Part shown: piece by piece, positions 18,860-28,682 of the stretch
Position numbering within the stretch: the first letter of the stretch is position 1
Layout: each line of letters begins with the position of its first letter
Source: an uncultured Gemmatimonadales bacterium
Lineage (GTDB): Bacteria; Gemmatimonadota; Gemmatimonadetes; Gemmatimonadales; GWC2-71-9
Reading direction: 5' to 3'
NCBI GenBank assembly: GCA_963748815.1
Contig: CAVVKJ010000008.1
Location: 1-64,000 of the forward strand
DNA length: 64,000 nucleotides
Made by a program: the position numbers and the translations under genes
The notes under the pieces: generated by a model
Told to the model about the DNA's origin: nothing
Seen by the model: only the letters and a program-made list of their open reading frames with translations
The model's database searches: none

Positions 18860-18928
18860 GCCTAACGTAATGCGCGTCAGCTGCCGCAGATAGAGCGCGC
18901 CCTTGCCAGCTGCATGCGCTGGTTAGGC
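18860..18928 (-). repeat. attC with internal deletion (69 bp)
   Basis: cagctg joined to ccgcagatag; inner arm and loop lost. Confidence 0.88.
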
Positions 18929-18939
18929 GGCAGGAGCCT

Positions 18940-19647
18940 TCATTGCCGGAGCTGAGAAATGATCTCGCGCGCTCGCTCCGGCGACAGCTCCCCTGCGAGT
19001 TCGCGCCGCGCCCCCTCAAGAAGCGCAACCCGGAGTTCTTCTTCCGGGCTCGCAAAGAGCGCTCGCGTCGGCTGCTCCAGCCACTTGGTCAGTTTGTACC
19101 CATTTGAGTCGCCCGAGAGGACGGCCTCGATCATACCAGCGACTTGGTAAGCGGTGTAGTGTGATTCGAATTGCTCAATAGTGAGGTCTGGGACGTTCCG
19201 GCACAATGTCTCAATCCATACGGCGAGCGCGAGCGCTGCAGCCTCACCTGCGGAGTCGCCGGTTGCGGAAAACCTGATGGAACGCTGGCGAGCCTGGCCT
19301 GCATATCGCGTCAAGACCGGAGTCACCGGCCCGCTTACCCGGCCATGGCCCCAGCCAATGAACGCGGCCAATCCGAGTACCCCCAGCGCGAGATATGCAA
19401 GGCCCTTGGCATGCCCTTCTCGAGCCCCGGCTAGAACCACCAGCGAGACGCCAATGGCACTGGGGAGGTATCCCTCAAAGAGGTGGGAGCGGGCGTTCGG
19501 CAGGACCCAGTCGGCCGCGTCGTTTGGGAGCGCCAGCGGTGCCCTTTGAAGGAGTATTCGAACCAGTTCGGTACGGCGAGTAACGAGGCCGGCGCGGAGC
19601 GCGACGGCGAGCCCAAAGGTGGCAAGCGCCAAGCCGGTGAACCACAA
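18940..19647 (-). CDS. hypothetical membrane protein
   Basis: 3 N-terminal hydrophobic segments plus a soluble domain; fills the cassette. Confidence 0.65.
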   Translation of the reverse strand: MWFTGLALATFGLAVALRAGLVTRRTELVRILLQRAPLALPNDAADWVLPNARSHLFEGYLPSAIGVSLVVLAGAREGHAKGLAYLALGVLGLAAFIGWGHGRVSGPVTPVLTRYAGQARQRSIRFSATGDSAGEAAALALAVWIETLCRNVPDLTIEQFESHYTAYQVAGMIEAVLSGDSNGYKLTKWLEQPTRALFASPEEELRVALLEGARRELAGELSPERAREIISQLRQ

Positions 19648-19666
19648 GTGAGCGATGTCTCCTGCC

Positions 19667-19794
19667 GCCTAACGAATGGCGCATCAGCTGCGAGGGCGCT
19701 CGCGGCAGCCGCCGCGCAGCCTCGCATTTAGTATAAAGCGCGGCGGCTGCCGCAACTAGAGCGCGCCCTCGACTGCTGCATGCGCTGGTTAGGC
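19667..19794 (-). repeat. attC
   Basis: Full-length family repeat. Confidence 0.93.
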
Positions 19795-19954
19795 GGCGCG
19801 TTGAATCATCTGCCTAGGTGAGAAGCCGGCAAAACCCTGACTTCAGATCTCTCGCGAGGGTAGACCCCGGTCGATCGAGTCTGATCCCGTACTCAGGGGG
19901 GCCCAGGCCCGGGGGATTCCGCGCAGATCACGAGCAAGCACCGGGTGCTTGACT

Positions 19955-21220
19955 TCATTGCACCGTGAAGACCCACGCAGCCCCGGCGTACGAATCGTCC
20001 GCAACCCCTCCGAGGATAGTGGTACCGCCATCGGCGGAGATAGAAGTGGAAAAGCCTTGGAATGTGCTCCCCACGCCACCACTGCCGACCAGCTTGGTGC
20101 CGAGTGGGGTCCAGATGCCCCCGCTTCGGGTCCAGACCCACGCAGCCCCAGCGAGGCTATTGTCATGGGGCCCGCCGACTGCGGCGGTGTTTCCATCGCC
20201 GGAGAGGGAGACTGAGGTTCCTTGCTCGGCGCTTCCCACGGCTCCGGCGCCAACCAGCTTGGCACCCTGCTGGGTCCAGACACCACCGCTTCTGGCCCAG
20301 ACCCACGCGGCCCCGGTATTCGCGTTGTCTCGAAACCCTCCTACGATGGCAGTGTTGCCGTCGGCGGAGAGGGACACGGCGTTACCCTGGAAGGCAATTC
20401 CCGCAGCATCATTCCCGACGAGCTTGGCACCCTGCTGGGTCCAGACCCCACCGCTTCTGGTCCAGACCCACGCGGCCCCGGCCGAGGCGTTATCTGTCTG
20501 GCCGCCGACAATTGCGGTGTTGCCATCGGCGGAGAGGGACGAGGCGCCCCCTTGGTAGGCCTGCCCCACGGCGCCGCTGCCAACCAGTTTGGGGCCCTGC
20601 TGGGTCCAAACTCCCCCGCTTCGGGTCCAGACCCAAGTGGCCCCCGTGTGGCTATCGTCAAAGGGCCCACTGATCAGCGCGGTGTTGCCGTCTGCGGAGA
20701 GGGAAACGGAACCCCCCTGCAATGACTGCCCCACGCTGGCGGTGCCGACCAGCCTAACCCCCTGTTGGGTCCAAGTGTCACCAGTCCTGATCCAGACCCA
20801 TGCGGCCCCAACGTAGCCACTATCGGCAGCGCCACCGATGAGCGCGGTATTGCCGTCGGCGGAGAGGGACACGGCCGCCCCCTGTTCTGCGCTCCCCACG
20901 GCGCCGCTGCCGACCAATTTGGGACCCCGCTGCGACCAGACGCCCCCGCTTCTGGTCCAGATCCACGCTGCCCCGGCGTGGCCATCGTCCTCGGGCGCCC
21001 CGACGAGGGCCGTGTTGCCATCGGCGGAGAGGGAGACGGCATGGCCCTGGAGGGCGCTTCCCACAGCACCCGTGCCGACCAGCTTCAGCCCCTGTTGCGT
21101 GAATACAGGCGGGTCCGCCATTGGCGCCGTGCTATCGCTACAAGCGGAGATCAAGACTAGGGCGGTGTAGTGAATGGCACCGGAAAGCAGCGGGGTCCGA
21201 GAGCGGAATGAAACTTCCAT
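19955..21220 (-). CDS. FG-GAP-like beta-propeller lipoprotein
   Basis: ISAC lipobox; 7 repeats; near-identical to 33672-34937. Confidence 0.9.
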   Translation of the reverse strand: MEVSFRSRTPLLSGAIHYTALVLISACSDSTAPMADPPVFTQQGLKLVGTGAVGSALQGHAVSLSADGNTALVGAPEDDGHAGAAWIWTRSGGVWSQRGPKLVGSGAVGSAEQGAAVSLSADGNTALIGGAADSGYVGAAWVWIRTGDTWTQQGVRLVGTASVGQSLQGGSVSLSADGNTALISGPFDDSHTGATWVWTRSGGVWTQQGPKLVGSGAVGQAYQGGASSLSADGNTAIVGGQTDNASAGAAWVWTRSGGVWTQQGAKLVGNDAAGIAFQGNAVSLSADGNTAIVGGFRDNANTGAAWVWARSGGVWTQQGAKLVGAGAVGSAEQGTSVSLSGDGNTAAVGGPHDNSLAGAAWVWTRSGGIWTPLGTKLVGSGGVGSTFQGFSTSISADGGTTILGGVADDSYAGAAWVFTVQ

Positions 21221-21306
21221 TGCATCCCCCTAGGCATTAAGGAGCAAGTCTACTGACGCGACAGCGAATCGGAGTCAGCAGAGTCCCGTTTGGGTGAACC
21301 GCGTCC

Positions 21307-21434
21307 GCCTAACGACTGGCGCATCAGCTGCGAGGGCGCTCGCGGCAGCCGCCGCGCGACCTCGCTCGCAGTATAAGGCGCGGCGGCTGCCGCAACTAGA
21401 GCGCGCCCTTGCCAGCTGCATGCGCTGGTTAGAC
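21307..21434 (-). repeat. attC
   Basis: Full-length family repeat. Confidence 0.93.
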
Positions 21435-21447
21435 CGCGGCGGCGCAC

Positions 21448-21927
21448 CTAGTGCGGCGGATCGGGGCCGCGGTGGACAGCACCAATTACCTCACGTGGTG
21501 CCGAGATCTGATATTCCACCCACACAAGCCGCGGCCTCCCAGTGATGCCGAGCTCCACACGACCAACAGTGTCGGGAGCGCCGATGACTGAGCCCGTGGA
21601 ATCGACGGGGGTCGTTATCCGGACAAATGCCGTGGCCTCGACGACCTTGGCGGTGTCGGCCGGCGCGAAGATGGGCTCGACTGCGGAATCCCGCCCAATC
21701 CTTCGGAGGGCCGCTGCGACCAAGGCACATTTATCCGTTTCGCTAAGTGTGATGGTCTCCCATTCCATCGGAGGTGCGATGTGGGGGAGATTCTCCCGAG
21801 GGCAGCCGCCGACGACCGCTAGCGAATCCAGGAGGGCGCGAAAGGTTGTCACCGCGGCCGCCGGCGGGTTCTCCGAGGAAGCCCCGCAGGCCAGCAGTCC
21901 CGCTGCCAAGAGCAACTCGTATCTCAT
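21448..21927 (-). CDS. hypothetical lipoprotein
   Basis: LLAC lipobox; fills the cassette. Confidence 0.75.
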   Translation of the reverse strand: MRYELLLAAGLLACGASSENPPAAAVTTFRALLDSLAVVGGCPRENLPHIAPPMEWETITLSETDKCALVAAALRRIGRDSAVEPIFAPADTAKVVEATAFVRITTPVDSTGSVIGAPDTVGRVELGITGRPRLVWVEYQISAPREVIGAVHRGPDPPH

Positions 21928-21968
21928 AAGCCCAAGGGGTACGGGTCACAGAGCAACGGAGAGCCGCG

Positions 21969-22096
21969 GTCTAACGAATGGCGCATCAGCTGCGAGGGCG
22001 CTCGCGGCAGCCGCCGCGCGACCTCGCTAGCAGTATAAAGCGCGGCGGCTGCCGCAGATAGCGCGCGCCCTCGTCTGCTGCATGCGCTGGTTAGGC
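21969..22096 (-). repeat. attC
   Basis: Full-length family repeat. Confidence 0.93.
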
Positions 22097-22125
22097 CGCC
22101 GCGGGGGAGCAGAATCGAACGCCGA

Positions 22126-22929
22126 CTAGTATGGCCACGGTCCGCTCGCAGTGTCTCGAGTGAGCATGACGGGGTGATAGGCCCACATGCAGGGGCCATT
22201 GCCAGCAATCACCGGCGTGAATTGACCCCAGTGGCCGGCCGAATCGACCGAGGCGCTCCATTGAACCGTCGGGCAAGCTGGCCCCAGGCTTTGCTCTTCA
22301 AATGAAAGAACGACGGTGGTGTCGGTTAGTAACCCAACCACGGTGCCGTTGTTGTCCACGTAGGACGGCTCCCAATTGATGTTCCACTCCCCAGTCACAA
22401 CGACGTCTCCGGTAGGGCCAACCGGGGCGGCACCCTGGATCACCAATCGTAGGAAACCAGAATAGCCGAAGACGGTATCCGACACGATGCCGCAAAGTCG
22501 ACCGACCACGCCTGTCGCGGGGGGCAAGGTGGTGGCTAAAACCAGCATTTGCGTGACGGTGATGGGCCCGGCGTCAGGAGTTGCCGGTGTGGGGGCCGCA
22601 GAATACTCGCGGTACGCGACCTTGCAACCTGGCGGCCCCGCGAGCCACGTCACGCTGTCAAGCGGTTCCGGGAAGGAGTCGAACTGGAATCGATAATGAC
22701 CAGTCGAGTCGGTCATGGCTACCGCCCCCACGCTCTGGTCTGGCAGGTGCCGATTCAATCGCATACGTACCTCGGCAAGAGGGAGCGCCTGTCCAGTGGT
22801 ATCAACAACCACACCTGCCAGGGTAAGCGTCCGGGGAAGTGCAGGCGGGGCGGCCGCGTCCTGGCATGCCACCACCACGACAACCAGGGAAATCAACGCG
22901 ACCTGAAGGTGGAGGTGAGTGCAGGGCAT
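22126..22929 (-). CDS. lipoprotein with carboxypeptidase-regulatory-like domain
   Basis: VVAC lipobox; LAGVVVDTTGQALPLAEV..TDSTGHY; paralog of 28683-29480. Confidence 0.72.
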   Translation of the reverse strand: MPCTHLHLQVALISLVVVVVACQDAAAPPALPRTLTLAGVVVDTTGQALPLAEVRMRLNRHLPDQSVGAVAMTDSTGHYRFQFDSFPEPLDSVTWLAGPPGCKVAYREYSAAPTPATPDAGPITVTQMLVLATTLPPATGVVGRLCGIVSDTVFGYSGFLRLVIQGAAPVGPTGDVVVTGEWNINWEPSYVDNNGTVVGLLTDTTVVLSFEEQSLGPACPTVQWSASVDSAGHWGQFTPVIAGNGPCMWAYHPVMLTRDTASGPWPY

Positions 22930-22978
22930 AGTGTGAGACCCGTTGCTTGAGTGAGCCTGGCAATGCAAGACGCGGTCG

Positions 22979-23106
22979 GCCTAACGAATGGCGCATCAGC
23001 TGCGAGGGCGCTCGCGGCAGCCGCCGCGCAGCCTCGTATTTAGTATAAAGCGCGGCGGCTGCCGCAGATAGCGCGCGCCCTCGACAGCTGCATGCGCTGG
23101 TTAGGC
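22979..23106 (-). repeat. attC
   Basis: Full-length family repeat. Confidence 0.93.
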
Positions 23107-23130
23107 GCCCCCTGATCGACGACGGTCGTG

Positions 23131-23796
23131 CTAGATGGGCTTTCCGGTCCAGTGCTCGTATTCACCCCGAATCTCGCCACAGCTCACTGCCCCGAACCGA
23201 ACTGTATCGCCCCAAACGGCCTTCTCCACTTGCGCGGTGTCCATTGCCGTCGTGGCCGCCTTGTACGCTTTGCTACACTTGGCGAATACGGAATCGTAAT
23301 TCACCTGGAATTCCGCCATAGACCTCCCGTAGGCTACAGAGGCAGAATCGAATTGGGCTCGTGTCCAGAGCTTAACCGCCCAATCTGCGTCAATCCAGAA
23401 GTAGACCTCGGCCTCTTCGTAGGTCGATGCGCTCACTGAGGCCACATAGCAGCCTGGGCTAAGTGGCTGCGCCGGCACGGATTCCATGAAGCCCGGAGGC
23501 ACATGGCCATACGCGATGGAGTGAATCAGTCGGCTGGAGTCCGGGAGATCCCAGCCCCTCACCGCCCAGATCCTTTTCCGCTCGTGAAACCCCAAGTTCG
23601 AATCGACAGCCTGGCACGTCGACACGCCAAACCAATTGAGTGCTTCGGGGTGAGACCCGTGTGGCTTCGAAGCGAGCCCGAAGGCCAGCGTAGACACCGT
23701 CGCATCCGGGCCGATCCAGATTGCGTACGTGTGGCCGCAACCGAGGAAAAGCGCAGCAAGTGCGATGCTGAGTAGGGAGGTGGATCGAGGCGTCAT
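23131..23796 (-). CDS. hypothetical lipoprotein
   Basis: FLGC lipobox; fills the cassette. Confidence 0.72.
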   Translation of the reverse strand: MTPRSTSLLSIALAALFLGCGHTYAIWIGPDATVSTLAFGLASKPHGSHPEALNWFGVSTCQAVDSNLGFHERKRIWAVRGWDLPDSSRLIHSIAYGHVPPGFMESVPAQPLSPGCYVASVSASTYEEAEVYFWIDADWAVKLWTRAQFDSASVAYGRSMAEFQVNYDSVFAKCSKAYKAATTAMDTAQVEKAVWGDTVRFGAVSCGEIRGEYEHWTGKPI

Positions 23797-23819
23797 CCGG
23801 TTTTGGGCGATGGGGGTGC

Positions 23820-23947
23820 GCCTAACGAATGGCGCATCAGCTGCGAGGGCGCTCGCGGCAGCCGCCGCGCGTCCTCGCAGTCAAGATAAAGCGCGGCGGC
23901 TGCCGCAGATAGAGCGCGCCCTCGTCAGCTGCATGCGCTGGTTAGGC
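23820..23947 (-). repeat. attC
   Basis: Full-length family repeat. Confidence 0.93.
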
Positions 23948-23957
23948 GGTGCCCTCA

Positions 23958-24569
23958 CTACCGTCCGCTCAGCGCAATGACAAGCGCCGCAATCGCCACC
24001 AGCAGAGCAATGACAGATATGAGCAGCCCCAATTGGCCACCCGATCTCGCCACGGGTGTTGCAGTGCCTGATTGCAGCCCTCTCGGGGAGTGGTCGGTCG
24101 CCGCGTGATCGGTCTGCGCAGGCTGGTCGTCGACCCCAAGCAATCGTCGCACCTCGGCGCGAACGCGATCAATCGAGAGCCCGTGCTGAACCAACACCTC
24201 GGCCGCCACGGTCTTCTCCTCGCGCAGGACGCCAAGGAGTAGATGCTCGGTCCCGACGTACTGATGGTTGAGCTCGCGCGCCTCAACCATGGCCGCCTCG
24301 AGGACCTTCTTCGCGCGCGATGTGTATGGAATGTCCAGGCCGGAGCCAGTGACTTCGCCACGGACCACCCGGGCCTCGATGGCAGCTTGGAGTGCTGGCA
24401 GCTGCACTCCGAGCCCGACGATGGCGGTTGACGCCACTCCCTCGCCATCACTGATGATTCCAAGCAGAATGTGGTCGGGCGAGACGTACTCGTTGCCCAG
24501 GCGCCCCGCGTGCTCCCGAGCGCGGATAAGGACATTTCGAGTGTGGTCCGTGAAGTTGTATCCGTGCAC
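23958..24569 (-). CDS. stand-alone double Clp-N (ClpC N-terminal) domain protein with C-terminal TM
   Basis: FTDHTRNVL..A..LG..YV..HILLG and IPYTSRAKKVLE..EARELNHQYVGTEHLLLG; no AAA+ domain; terminal LLISVIALLVAIAALVIAL. Confidence 0.9.
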   Translation of the reverse strand: MHGYNFTDHTRNVLIRAREHAGRLGNEYVSPDHILLGIISDGEGVASTAIVGLGVQLPALQAAIEARVVRGEVTGSGLDIPYTSRAKKVLEAAMVEARELNHQYVGTEHLLLGVLREEKTVAAEVLVQHGLSIDRVRAEVRRLLGVDDQPAQTDHAATDHSPRGLQSGTATPVARSGGQLGLLISVIALLVAIAALVIALSGR

Positions 24570-24588
24570 CGAGACCCTCCGGGCATCC

Positions 24589-24717
24589 GCCTAACGAATG
24601 GCGCATCAGCTGCGAGGGCGCTCGCGGCAGCCGCCGCGCAGCCTCGCAGTCAGTATACAGGCGCGGCGGCTGCCGCAGATAGAGCGCGCCCTCGCCAGCT
24701 GCATGCGCTGGTTAGGC
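24589..24717 (-). repeat. attC
   Basis: Full-length family repeat. Confidence 0.93.
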
Positions 24718-25122
24718 GGCGCGGCGGAAGTAGTCTCGAACGACGCTCCCTGTCCAGGTGCCAGGAATCGTGAGCAGGGTCGCGATCCAGTCGTACCGGC
24801 TCGTCAGCATGTACCTCTGCCCCAGCGGGATGAAGACAAGTTCCGCGAGGATTTGACCGAGCGTAGTTCCAATCACGACTGCGGCGTACCGTCGTGGCAG
24901 AAAAAGAGCGACGACGGCACTGGCTGCAACTAGTACCGTCGAGTAGTACGGCCAGCTGCCATCCCATGGTACACGCTGGCCAATTGCGGCCGGAGCGGCG
25001 GCCCAAACACCGAATCCAATCGCGGTACCGAGTCCGGCGGCCAATGCTGTGTGCGCCGAAATGATGGGGTCGTTCGAAGGTCCGTCAACTTCGAGAGAGT
25101 GCTTCAGGTGGCCTCCTACCAT
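24712..25122 (-). CDS. hypothetical membrane protein
   Basis: Hydrophobic ORF whose stop is the TAA of R''. Confidence 0.65.
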   Translation of the reverse strand: MVGGHLKHSLEVDGPSNDPIISAHTALAAGLGTAIGFGVWAAAPAAIGQRVPWDGSWPYYSTVLVAASAVVALFLPRRYAAVVIGTTLGQILAELVFIPLGQRYMLTSRYDWIATLLTIPGTWTGSVVRDYFRRAA

Positions 25123-25163
25123 ACGGTCGTTAGGTCTTAGCCCCTCGGACCGCGGTCGCGTCC

Positions 25164-25291
25164 GCCTAACGAAACGCGCATCAGCTGCGAGGGCGCTTGC
25201 GGCAGCCGCCGCGCAGCCTCGCAGTCAAGATAAAGCGCGGCGGCTGCCGCAGATAGAGCGCGCCCTCGACAGCTGCATGCGCTGGTTAGAC
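25164..25291 (-). repeat. attC
   Basis: Full-length family repeat. Confidence 0.93.
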
Positions 25292-25313
25292 CTCACGCCC
25301 CACTGGACCCCGA

Positions 25314-26486
25314 CTACGGGCGCGTCCACTCCGGATTCACCACGATCTGCCCCGTGGTACGCCGCGTGGGTGCGCCCCCGGCTGCCGCCACTTGGTAGAG
25401 GTCATAGCTGGTGCCCAAGAACCGGACGAATGAGATCTGGCTTCCATCCGGGGACCATGTAGGAGTCTGATCGATGTTGCCGAAGGCTGGGGTCACCTCG
25501 GTCACAGTGTTGCCATCGGCAGTGATTGTCAGGATTTGCCGCGTACTTCCGTTCCACCGCGCAAAAGCGATGGTGGCCCCGACCGGTGACCATGCCGCGT
25601 ACTCGTCCGTGCTGACCGTGGTGAGTTGCGTCCGATTTGATCCATCAGCATTACTGATGAACAATCCGCCGCCAGTATTGTTCGCCTCGAACACAATCTT
25701 GCTGCCATCGGGCGACCACGAGGGATGTTCCTCGAATTCGCCGGGAGTGTTGGTAACATTCACTGCTCCCGTACCATCTGCATTGACTATGTAGATGTCG
25801 CTTGTGCCGCCCTCCGCGCATGAGTAGGCGATCGCATTGCCATCGGGGCGCCAGGCCGGCTCCGTGCCACAGGTGAGGCTCACGTCGCGGTTGTTCTTGC
25901 CGTCCGGGTCCATGATTGCTATACGGGTGGTGGCATTTCCGTACGCATATGCCATGTGCAGGCCGTTCGGGGATGCGCGGGGAAAGTCGATGTAGTTGGA
26001 TGTAGCTGCGCCGATACCCCACCCGGCACCACCTGCCGTCAGAGTGAAGAATTGCACCGAGCCAGTGGTTTGTCGCACATAGAGGATTTGGTTTGAGAAC
26101 GGAACAAAGCAGTCCACGGAATACGATTCCGTGCGAGTCTGCCCTGCAACGATCGTTGGAGTTCGCGTCAATGAGGCCGAAGGGCGACAATTGGTAGACA
26201 ATCCCGAGAGAGTCAGGGAGTACGATCCTGCCGGAAGGTCGTTGTACAGGACCGTGTCGACCGCTTGCACGACTTGGCTCCCAGAGCCTGCCAAGGTGAG
26301 AAGGTATCCGTCCGCATCGGACCCCTGGCCGGGATTGAGGACTATTACTCGGAGAGTCCCCGTGGTCACTGGTGGCGGAGGGTCTGGTGGACCACTGGAG
26401 CCGCCTCCGTCGCTCGAGCCAGAACAGGATAGGATGCCGAACACAAGGACAGCGGAGCAGAGGCGCACGGTAGGAAGCATACGCAT
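25314..26486 (-). CDS. TolB-like (PD40/WD40-like repeat) lipoprotein
   Basis: ILSC lipobox; repeated P.WSPDG..I.F motifs. Confidence 0.88.
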   Translation of the reverse strand: MRMLPTVRLCSAVLVFGILSCSGSSDGGGSSGPPDPPPPVTTGTLRVIVLNPGQGSDADGYLLTLAGSGSQVVQAVDTVLYNDLPAGSYSLTLSGLSTNCRPSASLTRTPTIVAGQTRTESYSVDCFVPFSNQILYVRQTTGSVQFFTLTAGGAGWGIGAATSNYIDFPRASPNGLHMAYAYGNATTRIAIMDPDGKNNRDVSLTCGTEPAWRPDGNAIAYSCAEGGTSDIYIVNADGTGAVNVTNTPGEFEEHPSWSPDGSKIVFEANNTGGGLFISNADGSNRTQLTTVSTDEYAAWSPVGATIAFARWNGSTRQILTITADGNTVTEVTPAFGNIDQTPTWSPDGSQISFVRFLGTSYDLYQVAAAGGAPTRRTTGQIVVNPEWTRP

Positions 26487-26525
26487 GGGGCGCTCGCGAA
26501 ACAGGGTTTTGGGGGACCGCGTGAG

Positions 26526-26654
26526 GTCTAACGAATGGCGCATCAGCGGCGAGGGCGCTCGCGGCAGCCGCCGCGCGTCCTCGCTGTTCAGTATAAAGCG
26601 CGGCGGCTGCCCAGAGCAGAGCGCGCCCTCGTCCGCTGCATGCGCTGGTTAGGT
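26526..26654 (-). repeat. attC
   Basis: Full-length family repeat. Confidence 0.93.
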
Positions 26655-27062
26655 AGCAGCAGAGCTTGGACTAGTGCGACGAGCCTTGAAGGCAATCACG
26701 CTACGCCAGATCAATCCCAGGCCAACGGCGCTCGCGGGCGCGACAATGAACCCATATCCAAAGGTGAGGGCTGCAAAGGTGAGCCCGGCTGCAGGAATCA
26801 CCCCGTCAGAAACGCAGACGATACCGAATGTGATCGCCACGCTGCCAAGCAGACATGCCATGGCAAGCTGCGGAAGCGATAGGGTGCGACTATTACGGCG
26901 GGACCACACAAAAGCCGCGGCAAAGGCGACCGTCGAGCCAGCCAGCGATTAGCAGGCCGAGCAGCGTGCCGTGCCGCCCGCCGGTCGCGGCGACCGCAAG
27001 GAAGCAAGCGAGGAGCCAACAGGGCACAGCCGCCCAATCCGTGTGAAATGAAGTGGTCGCAT
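26649..27062 (-). pseudogene. membrane protein, frameshifted
   Basis: Hydrophobic segments split across frames between the ATG at ~27062 and the TAA in R''. Confidence 0.5.
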
Positions 27063-27084
27063 GGCACCGGAGCCGTGGGCTGCT

Positions 27085-27212
27085 ACCTAACGAATGGCGC
27101 ATCAGCTGCGAGGGCGCTCGCGGCAGCCGCCGCGCGACCTCGCTAGCAGTATAAAGCGCGGCGGCTGCCGCAGATAGAGCGCGCCCTCGACTGCTGCATG
27201 CGCTGGTTAGGC
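27085..27212 (-). repeat. attC
   Basis: Full-length family repeat. Confidence 0.93.
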
Positions 27213-27884
27213 GGCATCGTCCTTGGAATCTAGATATTTCACCCAAGTATCAATGAAGTCGATGGTGTTCGGGATTAGGCCAGCATCAAGCCCATTCTCG
27301 ATCAGCGCCATGAATCGGGCGGATTACGGGGCCATTCGTGGAATATCCGAACGAGTAATGGCCACCGGGCGTTGGGTGTTCAATCAACTTGTTTCGAACC
27401 ATGGTGATTGGCGACGATCCCGACCGGGACTTGCCCAGCAGGTTGCCTAGTAGTTTCTGGATGCGATGGGCGCTCTGATAGTACCCCTCAAGGAGTTGCT
27501 CCATACGGTTTCTTAGGTCGAGAACACGCATCTGCTCGGCCGGTCCTGCGCCAGGCGAATAAATGCCAATCACCGTTTGAGTATCCTCTTTGATTGGCAC
27601 ATCTGGGTGCGCCCGATTCAGTTTGATGCGAACGGCATGCGGGGCCGTTGCCAAACACAATGGTTTCAGTGACCGGATCAAATGTGGAGATGGGTACCAG
27701 GGGGTCTGCCTTCAACAACTCGGCGTTGAGCTCCATTAGGCTCTGGTACACCTCTGCCAGCCGGACGGTGCGGGCCTCGACCTCGACGCAGCGTCTCCAG
27801 CGCGTGCGCATCTACCGTGGAGGCATTTGTGTTGCGGTAGTGGACCAGCGCGGTCAAAAGCCGAGTATGCGGAGTCTCTCCCAT
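27207..27884 (-). pseudogene. putative HEPN-motif protein, several frameshifts
   Basis: Fragments 27678-27884, 27488-27811 and 27286-27681 join into one protein with VRNKLIEH. Confidence 0.55.
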
Positions 27885-27906
27885 ATCACTCTCACGTCTG
27901 TATGCC

Positions 27907-28033
27907 ACCTAACGAATGGCGCATCAGCTGCGAGGGCGCTCGCGGCAGCCGCCGCGCGACCTCGCAGCAGTATAAAGCGCGGCGGCTGCCGCAGATAGAG
28001 CGCGCCCTCGTCAGCTGCATGCGCTGGTTAGAC
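27907..28033 (-). repeat. attC
   Basis: Full-length family repeat. Confidence 0.93.
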
Positions 28034-28519
28034 CGCAGTGCCATCGTGATCTCTACCCGAGCGCCAGAGCCACAGACTCCCCGCCAACCAGACGATCCCC
28101 AAGGTGACAAGCATGCCCACGCGATTTGGGCTGGGAAGGTCAAACCTCTGGAGAAAGATCGGGGCCACGGCACCGGCGAGCGTGGTCCAAGTAAGGAGGC
28201 GAGACACCTTGGAGCGCCACGCGGAAAACCCTGCGGCGAGAGCCAGCCCTAGGACAAATGGGCTCGCAACGTGCCACGCCCGGAGTACGACATTGCCCGG
28301 AATCGGCCCGCCATGATTTAGACTGTATTGGACACCAGCGGCAGCGAGGGCGAGGACGGCGGACGCACCGAATCCTATCGCTGCGCGTCGCAGCGCCCGG
28401 CCGGTCGATTGATCTGCCTCGGGGGCGAGCCGCGCCGACTCTGCTTGAGCCTGCGCGATTTCGTGATACGATGGAGGAGCCCAGGCGGGGACGCGCACTG
28501 GCGCTTCTGGTGTATTCAT
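28028..28519 (-). CDS. hypothetical membrane protein
   Basis: MNTPEAP start; 4 TM; stop in R''. Confidence 0.7.
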   Translation of the reverse strand: MNTPEAPVRVPAWAPPSYHEIAQAQAESARLAPEADQSTGRALRRAAIGFGASAVLALAAAGVQYSLNHGGPIPGNVVLRAWHVASPFVLGLALAAGFSAWRSKVSRLLTWTTLAGAVAPIFLQRFDLPSPNRVGMLVTLGIVWLAGSLWLWRSGRDHDGTAV

Positions 28520-28546
28520 GGTGGCCCCGGTATTGGGAGCACTGCG

Positions 28547-28674
28547 GTCTAACGAATGGCGCATCAGCTGCGAGGGCGCTCGCGGCAGCCGCCGCGCGAC
28601 CTCGTTACCAGTATCAGGCGCGGCGGCTGCCGCAGATAGCGCGCGCCCTCGACTGCTGCATGCGCTGGTTAGGC
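28547..28674 (-). repeat. attC
   Basis: Full-length family repeat. Confidence 0.93.
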
Positions 28675-28682
28675 CGCCCCTG

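Noticed and set aside
17363..21170. Overlapping alternative-frame ORFs within the beta-propeller genes (also 33569-34887)
   Set aside because: Shadow ORFs caused by high GC and tandem repeats
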